This document shows positions 11,311 through 24,006 of a DNA stretch of 64,000 bases, piece by piece. The notes under the pieces are model-generated. The model was not told the DNA's origin. It was given only the letters and a program-made list of their open reading frames with translations, and searched no databases. The position numbers and the translations under genes were made by a program. How positions within the stretch are numbered: position 1 is the stretch's first letter; each line of letters opens with the position of its first letter. Source of the DNA: Guillardia theta CCMP2712 (Eukaryota > Protista > Cryptophyta); assembly GCF_000315625.1 (NCBI RefSeq), contig NW_005434664.1:398345-462344 (forward strand), read 5' to 3'.

Positions 11311-14300
11311 ATGGAACCAGCCTCAACACCTCCAGCCGCCATGCAGGTAAGACGGCGATGTATAGGAATATCCCCGAATATGCACAATGGTGTTTCCCTT
11401 GCGGTCCTCGCTGGCAGATGTTCTTTATGTTACATCCAATGTCACTTGTGCTCCATGCTCTCGCATAGGAGGTCTTGGATCCTTGCCAGACTCACTTGAA
11501 CGTCTCTGTCCTAGTTATCCGACCCTTCCGTATCCTCCCACCCACTGCCCTCGCTATTCAGCATATTGATATGATCCCAGCACTGCAACCCCCCCTCTTC
11601 CCCCTTTCCATCCTGCCTCGCCTGCCGCATCTTGTGTGTCCTTTGTATCGCTCGAATATCCGAAACTGCATACTCGGTGCTGTTGTCGCGGAGATTGTTG
11701 GATACCTCGGAGTTTGTAATGAGTACTTGTGCAGTGAAAATGGCGCGGAGCTTTATACACACACCCTGCAAATAGGCAGGTGGGTGAGGGAAATCGATTT
11801 GTTGACCCATGGTATAAACGAATCCCTCTCGATTGGTGAACATCAATACGATGGGGGAGGTAGCGGCAACCAATCAGCTGACGATCAACGACTGGATTCC
11901 ATGTGGGAAAGATGTTAGAGCAGATTCGTCGGTCTATCTTCCCTCCATCGTGCGGGGAATTCTCGATGGCTGTGCCAGCGGCGATTGGCACAAGTTGTTG
12001 AGGAAATCCGTCCATGCGTTGAAGCGCTACATGGACTTGAAGCACACCGTGCCTGTGAAAGAAAGAGCCTTGATCATCAATGCACTGTATCGAGTGGTGA
12101 CGGAGGAAGATGGCCTAGATCAATACCTGCAGAAGATCTTTGCACAACAGCTCGTCCGCCTTCTCAAAAAGCGAGGCCAAGAAAAGTTAGACATCGTCCT
12201 GGATTGGCGTCCGCTGTACCGAGTGATTGACTTCCTGTTCTTCGGCAAGGCCAGGATCCCTCAGACTCCACTGTGCCCCTACCTTGGATACTACATCATA
12301 TGCTTGGCGAGGTCGGCGCGGCACTACTTCAACAAGGAGTCAGTTGGCGAGATAGTCAATCACCTCCGGCCTTTCTTCTGTGCGCAGCACACGGCATCTT
12401 GCCTGAAGGGTCAGGTGATGCTCACCCTTCTCATGAAGCGAACGGAGGACGTGGACTTTAGGCTCTTAAAGGAGATCATGTCAATATGGGGTTGGGTGGT
12501 CGCATACGCTGATTGGGATCTGCACTGGATGGTCTTGCTTGCGTCGCTGTGCAGATATACCTATCGAACTCGCTCTAGCGACTGGAAAGTCTTCATCCCT
12601 TCTCTCATGTCTCATATCCTCCATATCATCGATCTTCCTGTTGGCGTCTCAAGGATTCACATCTATGGAAACATGGAGAGCTCTTTGTCTTCGCCTGAAG
12701 GGAGCCCATTCTATTCCTTGGCAAGCTTCGTGCACCTCGACGACAATCGAACTAAGATTCTGCAACTTGTGCACAAGTCTGCCAAGTTGATCATCTACCT
12801 GCAGCAACCAGGAGGAGGGGAGCCGCTTGGTATGTTGGGCAAGATAATCCGAGCGATTGAGTCCTACCTGCATCCTTCCAACGGCGGTTACTGGACTCAC
12901 AGGCTGTCTCAGCTGCTGGCTTCATTGTGCGAATATCTTATGGAAAGAGTCCGTGCTGAGCGCGATGTTGCTGACAGCGAGAGCTACAAATTGAAACCCA
13001 GTGACATCAGCAACATCGCAAGGTTGATCCTGCCCGTTGCCCTACAGGGGCTCTACTCGAAGAGCAACACAGCGACCCTGCAGTCCTGTGTGGCACTGAA
13101 GTATCTTGCAAGCCTTGACCCTAACAACACTCTCCCTCCCCTGCTGGATCGCATTTCTGATGCGTTGACAACCTTGACTCAAGTACACCAGACCTCGAGT
13201 GCCCTAGAGGCCCTGGCAGCAGTAATCTTCCCTGTTATACGTGCAGGGAATTTCGAGTCGGGAGCCAAACACATTCCAGATTTGATGGAGCTTACACTCT
13301 CGGGGATCGACTCGAATGATCTTCCCAAGACTTGGGCCACCCTTCGCTTTTACACTGTGCTGTTGTCTGGTCTGCCTCTCATAACCATCACCGAGGTGAG
13401 ATTGCTAGGTCCGTGTGTTGTGCTGATGGGTTGAAACAGACATGTCCTGTTGGATATGACCCTGATCGGCATGAAGTGGCAAGGGCAGTCACAGATACAT
13501 TTGCAGACTGGGCTTTCAGATTTCTAGATCAGACTTTCTCTTTCATCTCAAACCACAACTCCATGGCGCCCCCGCAAGGCCATGAACACACGAAGAAGGC
13601 GGACTCAGAGACTCGCACATCAGAGTATTTTTTTAACTGCACACTTGAAGTCTTTTTCATGCAGCTCGGAGATGAACTCTTCGTTTCTGCTCTGAACAAG
13701 GTCGCCAACTTCTGCTTCACAAACCTCCTTTTGTTGCAGCAACAGGCACAACTCGGTGTCGTCATATCAGCGATGACTGCAGTCAATCCCAGTGTCGTTG
13801 CTCAAAAGTTCTTGCCAGTGTGCCTGCGGATACTTCTGGTTTCGCCTTACGATGTTGTGCAAGTGGCTGTGAAATGCTTTACTCTGACTTGTCTCCGACA
13901 GAGTGTTCCTCGGACACCGAGAACTCCAGGCTCTGCTCGTTCTTTCACTCGCGCTGCAAGTGCCTCCAAATCTCCTGGGCTTTCCTGGGCTTCGCCTCCA
14001 ATGACGCATGGGATGGGATCTGTGGACGTCGAAAGCCCAATGCTGAATGCTGACGGAAAAGGTTTGGATTTGACTTGCTTCTCATGTTTGATCCGCTCTT
14101 CTCCCTCACTTCCTTTGTTTTGTCCAGTTGAAGGTGTTGTGTTCAGACTTGCACTGTTGTCTGAGATGGAGATCATCTACTATCTCAACATCATGCGATA
14201 TGTCGTGGAGAATGCCGGGGATGCAGTGATCCCGTACATCGATAAGGTCGTTGCTGCCGTGGATCTTGTTCTCAAGTATGAGGAGCGGCCGGGAGTGATT

Positions 14301-17300
14301 TCACTGCAAGTCTTCAAGGCTGCCAACAAGCTCATCCGGTCCCTTATCCACGCCCTCATCACTTGTCGACCCAAGGAGTATCGCTCGGTAGACCCGACTC
14401 TTTGGAACGACCCCAACTGGAAGAACGTACACTATGAGCATTGGGGAAACGTGATCGACCTGTCTGCAGCGAACGTCAGTTGGAATGCCCCGTCGCGCGA
14501 AGGCCTGCAGTGGGCAGCGGATCTTGCTGCCAAGTACATCAACAACTCTGTTCAAGTCCTCCGACGGTATCATGCCGACGCGCAAGAATGGGCGAATCAT
14601 AAGGAGGACATGGAGGTCGAAGCAGCTCAACCCAAAGGTAAGCTCGGATGCATCGATCACGTGCCAGGAAGTCTGACGGCTCTCCTTCTCTCAGAGTCAG
14701 ACGAGGGCAGCCCGTCCCCTTGTGTGCTGGACCTCAACTCTGACAACGACATCGTGATGATGGACTCCGATGCCGCTGCGGACGAGGCTGTTGAGCCAGC
14801 GCAGAAGCAGCGCAAGTCACAGAGCAAGGTTGCTTTTGCCAAGTTGAAGGAGCTCGAGATCCCGGCGCACATCCTGAGCTCCCAACGGCAGAGCTGTCGG
14901 CGGAGCAGTCTCAGGGGATTCAGCGACAGGGCGAAGAGGAAGGATGGATCACGAGGCTCGCCAACGTCCATTGAGGCACGTTATGCAGTCCTCCAGATGC
15001 GATTCGTGCTCGAAGGACTTGTGGCAGCCTTGCCTGCATGGGACGAGGGGAGAGAGGATTCTTCGGAAATGCAGTTGGACGGAGATCTGGATGACGACGA
15101 GCGTGAGCTCTTGCCTGGGAATGAGGGGTATGCCTCTGGCACTTACGACCTCCCAAAGTCAAGGGTTGATGTTTCAAATATCGGCAAGGATGGGTTGTTG
15201 TCTCGTTCGCGTATCGCAAGCATCCTTCATGACCTCAACACGCTCTTCCTCCAGCAGAACTCCGAAGACTCGAAGATGTTGAAGGCCTTGGCAAAGTGCC
15301 TCGACGTCTGCATGAATGGAGTTGACATCTTGCAGAAGCAGACGAGACGTCTAAGGCTCAGATACTCCATCATGAAAGCAAGGAACAGAGAGACTGGGAC
15401 AGATGGCAAGGCAAAACTGCTCCCCCGCTACATGCTCCTCACGAAGATTCATCATCATTACCTTTCTCGCGTTATGTTGCGACATCGCAAACTTCATGAC
15501 TCTCTGTTGGTGCAGAACCTCCTCAAACAAGTTAACCTCCTTTCGACAAACGAGCATTCTGGTGTTAGAGGACGTGGTCAGCTTGCACTTTTGTCTTGCT
15601 GCCGGAGGTACAGGAACGCTTGCGCGTACTCCCTTCCTCGTCTCATCTCTCTCCTCGAGGACAAGAATGTAGATGCTGCTGGACACGAGCAGCGCATCAT
15701 CGGAGCGACTATCCTTCTTCAAACTAAGTACTTCCAAGGTAGAATCCTACGGGACTGGAGCATGATCGAGCATTTTCTTCTCACCCTGTGTCGAAGTCAT
15801 CATAACGACAAAGAGAGCGTTCTCGATGCGCTGGACAACCTCTTCGCAACATTCCTTTCGTACTGGTATCAGATCTCTCTTGACATCCCGGCTTACGTGC
15901 ACTGGGACGAGTCTCTTATCAAGTTGGAGCAGTCAACGGTACCGTTTGTTGGCTACTCCCGCATGCTCGAGGCTCTCGTCGCCCTTCTCAAGACGAACCC
16001 TAACGTGCACTGGAGGTTCAAGCTCATGATCATCGATGCGGTCACTGTCATGATCAGAGACGATGTGCCCACTCCGATCTCCGTGTGGGAGGCGATTCTT
16101 GACGGCATGGTATCCGACATATCTCACATCCGAGAGGCGTGCTTTCCTGCTCTCAGCAGCGCGCTCGAGCTGATTCAGACTACTCAGCGGAGCAAAGAAG
16201 AATCACTTCTCGGCAATCGCCTGTTGCCGGACAAGTGCTTCACTCACTGGAACGGCCCGCCTCCCAAAGCTTCTTTCACTGAGTGGAACTCCAACGTTCG
16301 GAAGAAGGTCGTCACGAAGGAGTACTCCGAGCAGGTGCGGGCATGTATTATGCAGTACTTCTGCAACGACGAGTACATCGAGAAGCTCTGCTCCTTCATG
16401 TCTGTAGTCCAGCTGGGGAGAGGAAAGTCGTTCATCGGGTCTCATGCACAGATGTTCAAGGGTCTCTTGAAAGCCTTCGGCTTGCAGGTGATCACCAAGC
16501 TCCGCACGTTCCTCGAGGCACTTCTAGCTGACGCCCAGGCTTACTCCCATGAGAGCTCTGACGTGTACATCGGGAAGCAGTGCCTCGCTTCAGAGTTGCT
16601 GGGCGGGTTGGTGAGGGGCATGAAGTATTGGCCGGAGCAGGACCAAGAGGAGGCGAAGGGTATGGCTTTCCAGCTCATTTCCTACGTGCTAGCAACACCC
16701 GAGCTGGAGAGCGTGGGGATATGGGCAGCTTGCCTGAGGTTCTGCTTGTACGATCGCCATCCGAGACGAACTTCATGGTTGGTCGAGTTCCTGGTGGAGC
16801 GAGCTCTTCCAGCCCACATCGATCTCTCCTCGCACTCCATCCTCACGTGCAAACGTATCATCCTTGTCAAGCCGATCTTGAAGGAGCTGGGATGGCGGGG
16901 TGGGCCGATCCACCGGCAGATCGCGCACGACCTTGAGCCTTACCTGCACCATCCTTACGCTCAGATGCGTGCTTGTGTCGGCTCCATCCTGTCAGTTCTC
17001 TCCAGGGTCACATGGGAACCTAGGGAGTTCGCCTCCATGCCTTCTCCAGCTGATGCTGAGCACCTGTCATCGGAACAGTCGCACCATATGCACCTTCTGT
17101 GCTGCTCGAGGCAAGCTGGGATGTCTGAGCTGCTGGAAGCCCCACCTCACACAGAGTGCAAGCTCATCGGGTCTGAGACGATGCTCCGCCTCGTGGACAA
17201 GTGCGCACGGGAGTGGTCAACGTTGGCTAATCGCTGCAAGTACATGAGCGACGGAAAGAATTGCTCGGTAAGGGAGGGAGAGACTTGTTTATGCTGGAAG

Positions 17301-18762
17301 TGACCCAAGTAATCCGCAGGACGAGGCCGAGGAACAAGCCATGAAGGACTCCCGCGTTCAACTTCGGCATCTTCGACACACTCTCATCACGTGGACTTGC
17401 TCTGTCTGTCCCGAGTACGAGGCGATGTACCGTAAGTAGAACCTTTGCTCATCTCGATGTTTGATGGGTCGTTTGGCAAGGCTGTCCAGTCGAGTCCTTC
17501 CTTCCCATTCTCCTCCCCCCCCTCTTGCAAGCTCTGGACGACAAAGATCCAGGTGCGCACGTAGAACCCGAGGCATGGCCGGCTAACGACCTAGACAGAA
17601 CTGCTTCGGCAAGCGAAGGGATGCGCCGAGCTCACGGCAAATACACCGATCGTCGATGAGGTCGACCTTCCCCTCTCTGAGCTCTGCCAGCTCACCTTAT
17701 CTCCTTGTCAGGTCTTGCCGCACGTCCTCTTGGCTGTTCGATCGGTGGGACAGGACTCTGCGATCGTTCTGCGTGCTGACGTCACTCCAGGTCTCCAAGT
17801 CACAGTCGTGGCAAGTGAGGTCGAGCGTCCTCCCGTTCCTGCAGATCATCATCTTCCGGCACCAGTATGCCTTGACCCGCTTCTGAATCGCTCCTTAACC
17901 CTGGGTGCGCCTCAGATGCTCCATCAGGAAGGAGGACATGAAGATGGTGCAAGACCTTATGGTTTCGCTGCTTCAAGACTCTCAAGTAGAAGTGCGCGAG
18001 ATGGCCTCCGTTGCGGTCTCGGTGAGCTACGGCCACACCCTTCCCGCTCCTTACCCTCCTTGCAAGGTTCTGGTCCGCATTACAGGGGAGGAGCTTGCCA
18101 TGGACCTGAAGACTCTCTTCGTCCAGTGGTCGCAGCACGACATCTCGAGCATGCAAGGCCGGGCAGGCGAGCCTGTTGACGATGCGAGGGAAGGGAAAGC
18201 TGGGGAAGACAGTAGCGACAAGAAGGCGCTGAAGGCTTCATTGCAGCTTCGCCACGCTGGGGTGAGGGGTGGAGGAGGCATGGTAGCGTGTCTTGTAACC
18301 ATCAATAGGTGCTCGGCTTGTCTGCTCTGGTTGGAGCATATCCATACGATGTGCCACAGTGGATGCCGGAAATTCTCGTACAGTTGGTAGGCTCCATTCT
18401 GCGCCCCCTCCTCTCCTATTCGCTCTTGATTCGCTCCACCCCTTTCCCCTGCTTCGGATGACCTGGTTGATACCTTGGTTACTATCTTTGTCTGCCTTTC
18501 TTCAACGTTTCCCTTCTTTCTTTCGTTCATTGATATGACATTCAGGCACTCCACGTGCTTGACCCCATGCCAATCAAGCACACTGTTCGCAACACCTTTG
18601 GGGAGTTTTGGAGAACTCATCAGGTGTGTTTCATCTCTCTTGGGCTTGAGAAGATTAACAGCCATGACGTAGGATGCTTGGCCTGTGCTCAAAGGACGAT
18701 TCACTGAAGAGCAGCTGACGGCGTTGACCAACTTGCTAGCGTCACCCACCTACTTCTCGTGA
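11311..18762 (+). CDS. PSME4: Proteasome activator subunit 4 (PA200/Blm10)
   Basis: LDWRPLY, IESYLHPSNGGYWT, GIDSNDLPKT, VEVREMAS and LRHAGV motifs; C-terminal SPTYFS-stop at 18760-18762; start exon approximate. Confidence 0.92.
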
Positions 18763-18890
18763 GCGAGGTAACAGGGAACCTGTAATGATGACAAAACGAG
18801 GAAGAGAGGGAGAAACATGTACACTACAACCAGTCTATAGCACAGACGGATTTATTGTTTCAAGAAGACTTCCAAATTTACACTGCTCGT

Positions 18891-19430
18891 TCACTTGTGT
18901 GAAAAACTGCTGTACTCTTCCGTGTACCACCTTGCTGCCCGAGATCCTACTTGCCTGTACGGCCACCTCCTCACCCCCAGCTGCCTGCACACAAGCTTCA
19001 TCGTCGACTTGCCGATGCCGATCTTGGCCGCCGCGACCTCGAGGCTCTCGTGGAAGTGGCAGGACAGCAGCTCCAGGGTGATCTCCACGGGCTTGTCTGA
19101 CCTGGCGTGCGCCTGGCGGGATTGTATGCGGACGACGCTGCAGAGCTTCGGAGATGCCTTGGCGGGAGGGGTCTGGGCCGCGAGGGAGGGAGAGACCGAG
19201 GATGTGCACAGCAGCGGAGGCGACGGGGAAGCCCATGCCGAGCCTGACCCTGACGATGGTGATGGGGGGCGAGCTGAAGGCATCTGAGACACGCTGCAGT
19301 CGTCGGGATGGGAGGGGGGCAGTGGGTAGGGGAAGAGCTGGAGCAACGCGCAGTCGTCAGGATCATCGAGAGAGGCGAAAGGGTCGGGGGGGAGGGAGGA
19401 GGAGGAGAGAGCGTTTTGCATGGCGAGCAT
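18891..19430 (-). CDS. RWP-RK domain transcription factor, copy 1
   Basis: ITLELLSCHFHESLEVAAAKIGIGKSTMKLVCRQLGVRRWPYRQV; intronless ORF from ATG 19430. Confidence 0.88.
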   Translation of the reverse strand: MLAMQNALSSSSLPPDPFASLDDPDDCALLQLFPYPLPPSHPDDCSVSQMPSARPPSPSSGSGSAWASPSPPLLCTSSVSPSLAAQTPPAKASPKLCSVVRIQSRQAHARSDKPVEITLELLSCHFHESLEVAAAKIGIGKSTMKLVCRQLGVRRWPYRQVGSRAARWYTEEYSSFSHK

Positions 19431-20075
19431 CGGGTGATGAAGGCCTCGCAGTGCCAACCACGAAACTTAAAAGAGGCGGGTTATGGGGGCCTCGAGATCG
19501 GAGGCCATGAAGGGTTGTATGTTTCTGATCTTTGAGATTCGAAATGCTCTTAATTATGTTTATCTCAAGATCGGGGGCCACGAAGCGTTGCTTGTTGATT
19601 ATGTCCTTTTCTTGAAGGGTTGTAATGGGTTGTAATAATAGATCCACAGGCCCCTGGACTTCCGGTCGCATTGGAGAGCTCAATCTGAAGATTGGAGGCC
19701 AGGAAGCGGTGTGATATTCACATCAGGATGAGGACACGGAGACCACCACTGCAATCATCATGATGTCATCATTGCTATCAATGTATCTTTTTATGACAGG
19801 CGCCGACAAACGTTGCGCCCAAAAGGGCAAGGAGTCACTTAAACGTTGAAAAGACCCGTCGTTTCGCTTGTAGCCCGTGATCCGTGACCGTTGAATCGTT
19901 GCGTTCTTATTTTGACTACACGGAGATTTGGGCTAGGAATGCGACCGGAAGTCCTCCACCTCCTTTTCTTTGATCCCTTCTCCCACCGCCATCCCTCACC
20001 AACCCTGACACGTTTCAGCGTCTCCCTTCCCTTCCTTTCATTCCATCGCCCCCTTTCACTGCTTGCACATCAAAT

Positions 20076-20660
20076 ATGGTGGACATGCTGCGATGCTTCA
20101 ACACGTTCCCATCTTCCACGCACGCCCACTCCCTCATCCTGCCCCCTGCCGAGTTTTCTACTGCCTCGACCTCAACCCCTCTAACTGACCCTCTTCCCCC
20201 TCTCGATGATCCTGATGACTCCTCTCTGCTCAATCTCTTCCCCTACCCCCTGCCCCCCTCCCATCCCGACGACACTCTCTGGGACCGCCTCCAGCTCGCA
20301 ACTTCTGAGAGACCACTTCAGCCGATTCCCAACGAGGACCCTGGCACTTTCCTTCAGAATCCTTGGGGTCAAACCTCTGCTTGCTCGGCCTCTCCCTCCC
20401 TCGCGGCCCAGACCCCTCCTGCCAAACCCTCTGGAGTCGTGCGCATTCATTCCCGCCAGGCGCATGCCAGGTCAGACAAGCCCGTGGAGATCACCCTGGA
20501 GCTGCTGTCCTGCCACTTCCACGAGAGCCTCGAGGTCGCGGCGGCCAAGATCGGCATCGGCAAGTCGACGATGAAGCTTGTGTGCAGGCAGCTGGGGGTG
20601 AGGAGGTGGCCGTACAGGCATGTGGGGACCCGTGCAGGCCGGTTGTATTTGGTTGACTAG
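20076..20660 (+). CDS. RWP-RK domain transcription factor, copy 2 (divergent N-terminal half)
   Basis: Same domain ending RRWPYRHV; intronless 194-aa ORF. Confidence 0.88.
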   Translation: MVDMLRCFNTFPSSTHAHSLILPPAEFSTASTSTPLTDPLPPLDDPDDSSLLNLFPYPLPPSHPDDTLWDRLQLATSERPLQPIPNEDPGTFLQNPWGQTSACSASPSLAAQTPPAKPSGVVRIHSRQAHARSDKPVEITLELLSCHFHESLEVAAAKIGIGKSTMKLVCRQLGVRRWPYRHVGTRAGRLYLVD

Positions 20661-21563
20661 AAGAGGAAGTATGCCAGTGTGAATAAACATGCGATGCTCT
20701 ATGAATCAGTATCTTCGAGATCCGATTGCGTTGAGTGAGAGGCTTGGATTTCTTTGCTATCATCAAGGTCTGGCGTCGCGTTCTTTGAGTATTGCTGTAG
20801 TCATGGTACAATGGTAAGACAGAGAACGCTACGAGTGGAATAAGAACGAGAGAAGAAGAGAATCAGAAGATCGAGGTCTCTCATTTTTTCTTGAGATAAG
20901 CTCCTAAAAAGCATCGTGCTTGCTGCGCACGAAATGGCAAAGGAAGGAGGGGGAACGCTAACGACGCGTCCGTTTAAGTAGGAAGTATCCGTACGATGGC
21001 TTTGGATCCACATGGATATGAACCTAGTCCTTTACTCAAAGTTAAGTTAAAAATCAGTACGACATTTCCCCACGCCTGATCAAAGTGTCCGTTTCCGAGC
21101 CTCCGGCTATGGTACTTTACTCAGAATAGCGGGACAGCAATCTGACAATTAGCCTACATGATTGCTGCCCTGTCGTCTCACGATGGGCCATGACTTCGTG
21201 GCGGCGGGCAGAAAAGTACTACATGTACAAACACACCGCTTCCTGGCCTCCAATCTTCAGATTGCAATGAACACATCGTTTCCAATCTCTGACATCAAAA
21301 GCACAACCCTTCGTGGCCTCCACTTTCGAGTGGACAACCCCCTACCACCGTTTCTACTGGAGCAATCGGGTGTAGGGGGAGGTAGGGGCTCTTATAACCT
21401 TTACAACTGCAGTGATATCCTCCCCTCCGGAGTCATCAAAACCCATCCCGACCCAACAACTCCCTCAAGAGACAGCCACACCACTGCTGCTCCACGCCCC
21501 GTTGCTCCCATCCTTCCACTGCCCCATAGCACGCCTCTCCCTCTCCCTCCCCCTCCTGCTATC

Positions 21564-22130
21564 ATGGAAGACTTGATACAGCCCGCCCTCATCCTCCCCC
21601 TTGACCCTCACTTCCTGTCTTTCTACTTCCAAGACTCCTCCTCCTCCTCCCTCCCCCCCGACCCCTTCGCCTCTCTCGATGATCCTGACGACTGCGCGTT
21701 GCTCCAGCTCTTCCCCTACCCACTGCCCCCCCCCCATCCCGACGACTGCAGCGTGTCTCAGATGCCTTCAGCTCGCCCCCCATCACCATCGTCAGGGTCA
21801 GGCTCGGCATGGGCTTCCCCGTCGCCTCCGCTGCTGTGCGCATCCTCGGTCCCTCCCTCCCTCGCGGCCCAGACCCCTCCCGCCAAGGCATCTCCGAAGC
21901 TCTGCAGCGTCGTCCGCATACAATCCCGCCAGGCGCACGCCAGGTCAGACAAGCCCGTGGAGATCACCCTGGAGCTGCTGTCCTGCCACTTCCACGAGAG
22001 CCTCGAGGTCGCGGCGGCCAAGATCGGCATCGGCAAGTCGACGATGAAGCTTGTGTGCAGGCAGCTGGGGGTGAGGAGGTGGCCGTACAGGCAAGTAGGA
22101 TCTCGGGCAGGGCTTCGTTGGGTCAACTAG
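21564..22130 (+). CDS. RWP-RK domain transcription factor, copy 3
   Basis: ATG of MEDLIQ at 21564; RWP-RK domain ending RRWPYRQV. Confidence 0.88.
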   Translation: MEDLIQPALILPLDPHFLSFYFQDSSSSSLPPDPFASLDDPDDCALLQLFPYPLPPPHPDDCSVSQMPSARPPSPSSGSGSAWASPSPPLLCASSVPPSLAAQTPPAKASPKLCSVVRIQSRQAHARSDKPVEITLELLSCHFHESLEVAAAKIGIGKSTMKLVCRQLGVRRWPYRQVGSRAGLRWVN

Positions 22131-22339
22131 AGGACGCCTTGTGATCGGATACAGTTAGGAGTATTATTGTCGGAATAAACACGATGGTCACTGTCACATA
22201 TGTTTTCGTTGCCAGTCTCTCGATGGATCAGAAGCTTTGACGTGGCCTGTGTCTTTTTGTTTCTGTCCTGATGATCGTTTAAGCAACGGCATGATAGAAG
22301 GACCGGGATCATTTTATCGTGAAGTCGGCAGTAAACCGT

Positions 22340-23150
22340 GCCAGTGGCCGCCGCACTGCACACCGTCGATCAGCCCGATGATCGGACGGCATCCCGCTGC
22401 CGTCAAATCCAATCCAGCCTCGGATGATCACAAGTTGCGAAGGCCGGACTCCGGATAGTATAGGTCGCAGGAGGCTCAGCGGCTCTGAGGCCGGGCACGA
22501 CGGTTCCGGCCCGGGCCACGGGTGACTGCACCGCTGGGGTGGCAACCGACGGACTCGTGGCACCGCGGGGTCCGACCGTACCGTATCATCATCCGGGCCC
22601 TGAGTGACTCGGTCGGACCGCCGCCGCCGGCACGGTCACCCACGGCGTACATTCCGCTACGACAGTACTGACCGGGCCGGCGGCCCGGGTAGCCTCGGAC
22701 TCCGCCTGCCGCGAGTCCGATCCGAGTCAGTGGCCGGGCCGCCGGGGCCCGGCCGCGCGGCGAGTGATCGCCGGGACCCGCCGCGGGGTACAGGCTGAAT
22801 CATCCCCGAAAGTTCGGCCCGAAATGCGCTAACCGAACGGTTCGTACCAGTGGTCTGGCACCGTGTCACGGTCCGGCCCGCGGGCCCGCCCCGCGGGTCC
22901 GTCAGACTGAGACGGGCCACTCGACAAATCGTTGAACGGTCACGGTCACGGTTGGATCGTTGTGCGCGGCGCGGACTCCGGCCGGGCCCGCCCCGGCCCC
23001 GGCCCCGGCGGCGCCGGGAGTGCGGCCCTGGGGCCACTGCCAGGAACGGGCCGGGTTCACTGAGACGGTGAACGGCCCGACCAACTCTACTAGCCCAACT
23101 TGCCGCCGCACCTGACAGTGCCAATTTTCCGCATGTAGCCTAGAAAACAC
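22340..23150. repeat. GC/CpG-rich interspersed repeat-like tract
   Basis: Very GC-rich with recurring CCGGGCC, TGACTCGG, ACCGTACCGT and CACGGTCAC words also seen at 47035-47455 and 39723-39830. Confidence 0.55.
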
Positions 23151-23452
23151 AACGCTTCCTGGCCTCCAATCTCAAGATCTTGATTGAAGCACACCGCTTC
23201 CTATCTCTGACCTCAAAAGCACAACCCTTCGTGGCCTCCACTTTCAGATCTTGCGTCCTATACCAACCCCTACCCCTTCTTTATCAGGAAAAGTCTGTTA
23301 CAGGGGAGGTAGGGGCTCTTCTAACCTTTACAACCGCAGCCGAAATAAAAAATTACGAGGTCTTCATATTCCCCTTTCACCCCGCCACCTACGTGCCCTC
23401 CCTTCCACTGCCCCATAGCACGCCCCCACCTCCGCCCCCCCCTCCTGCTATC

Positions 23453-24006
23453 ATGGAAGACTTGATACAGCCCGCCCTCATCCTCCCCCTTGACCCTCAC
23501 TTCCTGTCTTTCTACTTCCAAGACTCCTCCTCCTCCTCCTCCCCCCCGGACCCCTTCGCCTCTCTCGATGATCCCTGACGACTGCGCGTTGCTCCAGCTC
23601 TTCCCCTACCCACTGCCCCCCTCCCATCCCCGACGACTGCAGCGTGTCTCAGATGCCTTCAGCTCGCCCCCCATCACCATCGTCAGGGTCAGGCTCGGCA
23701 TGGGCTTCCCCGTCGCCTCCGCTGCTGTGCGCATCCTCGGTCCCTCCCTCCCTCGCGGCCCAGACCCCTCCCGCCAAGGCATCTCCGAAGCTCTGCAGCG
23801 TCGTCCGCATACAATCCCGCCAGGCACATGCCAGGTCAGACAAGCCCGTGGAGATCACCCTGGAGCTGCTGTCCTGTCACTTCCACGAGAGCCTCGAGGT
23901 CGCGGCGGCCAAGATCGGCATCGGCAAGTCGACGATGAAGCTTGTGTGCAGGCAGCTGGGGGTAAGGAGGTGGCCGTACAGGCAAGTAGGACCCCGTCTA
24001 AACTGA
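23453..24006 (+). pseudogene. RWP-RK copy 4 with two +1 C insertions (pseudogene or sequencing error)
   Basis: Near-identical to copy 3 but has gatCCCtgac near 23573 and catCCCCgac near 23628, shifting the frame. Confidence 0.7.

Noticed and set aside
22604-23150. Arg/Gly/Pro-rich ORFs in the GC-rich tract
   Set aside because: Expected from GC composition; no domain, splice pattern or codon bias
23453-23650. Programmed frameshifting in RWP-RK copy 4
   Set aside because: Both indels are extra Cs in C runs; sequencing error or pseudogenisation is simpler
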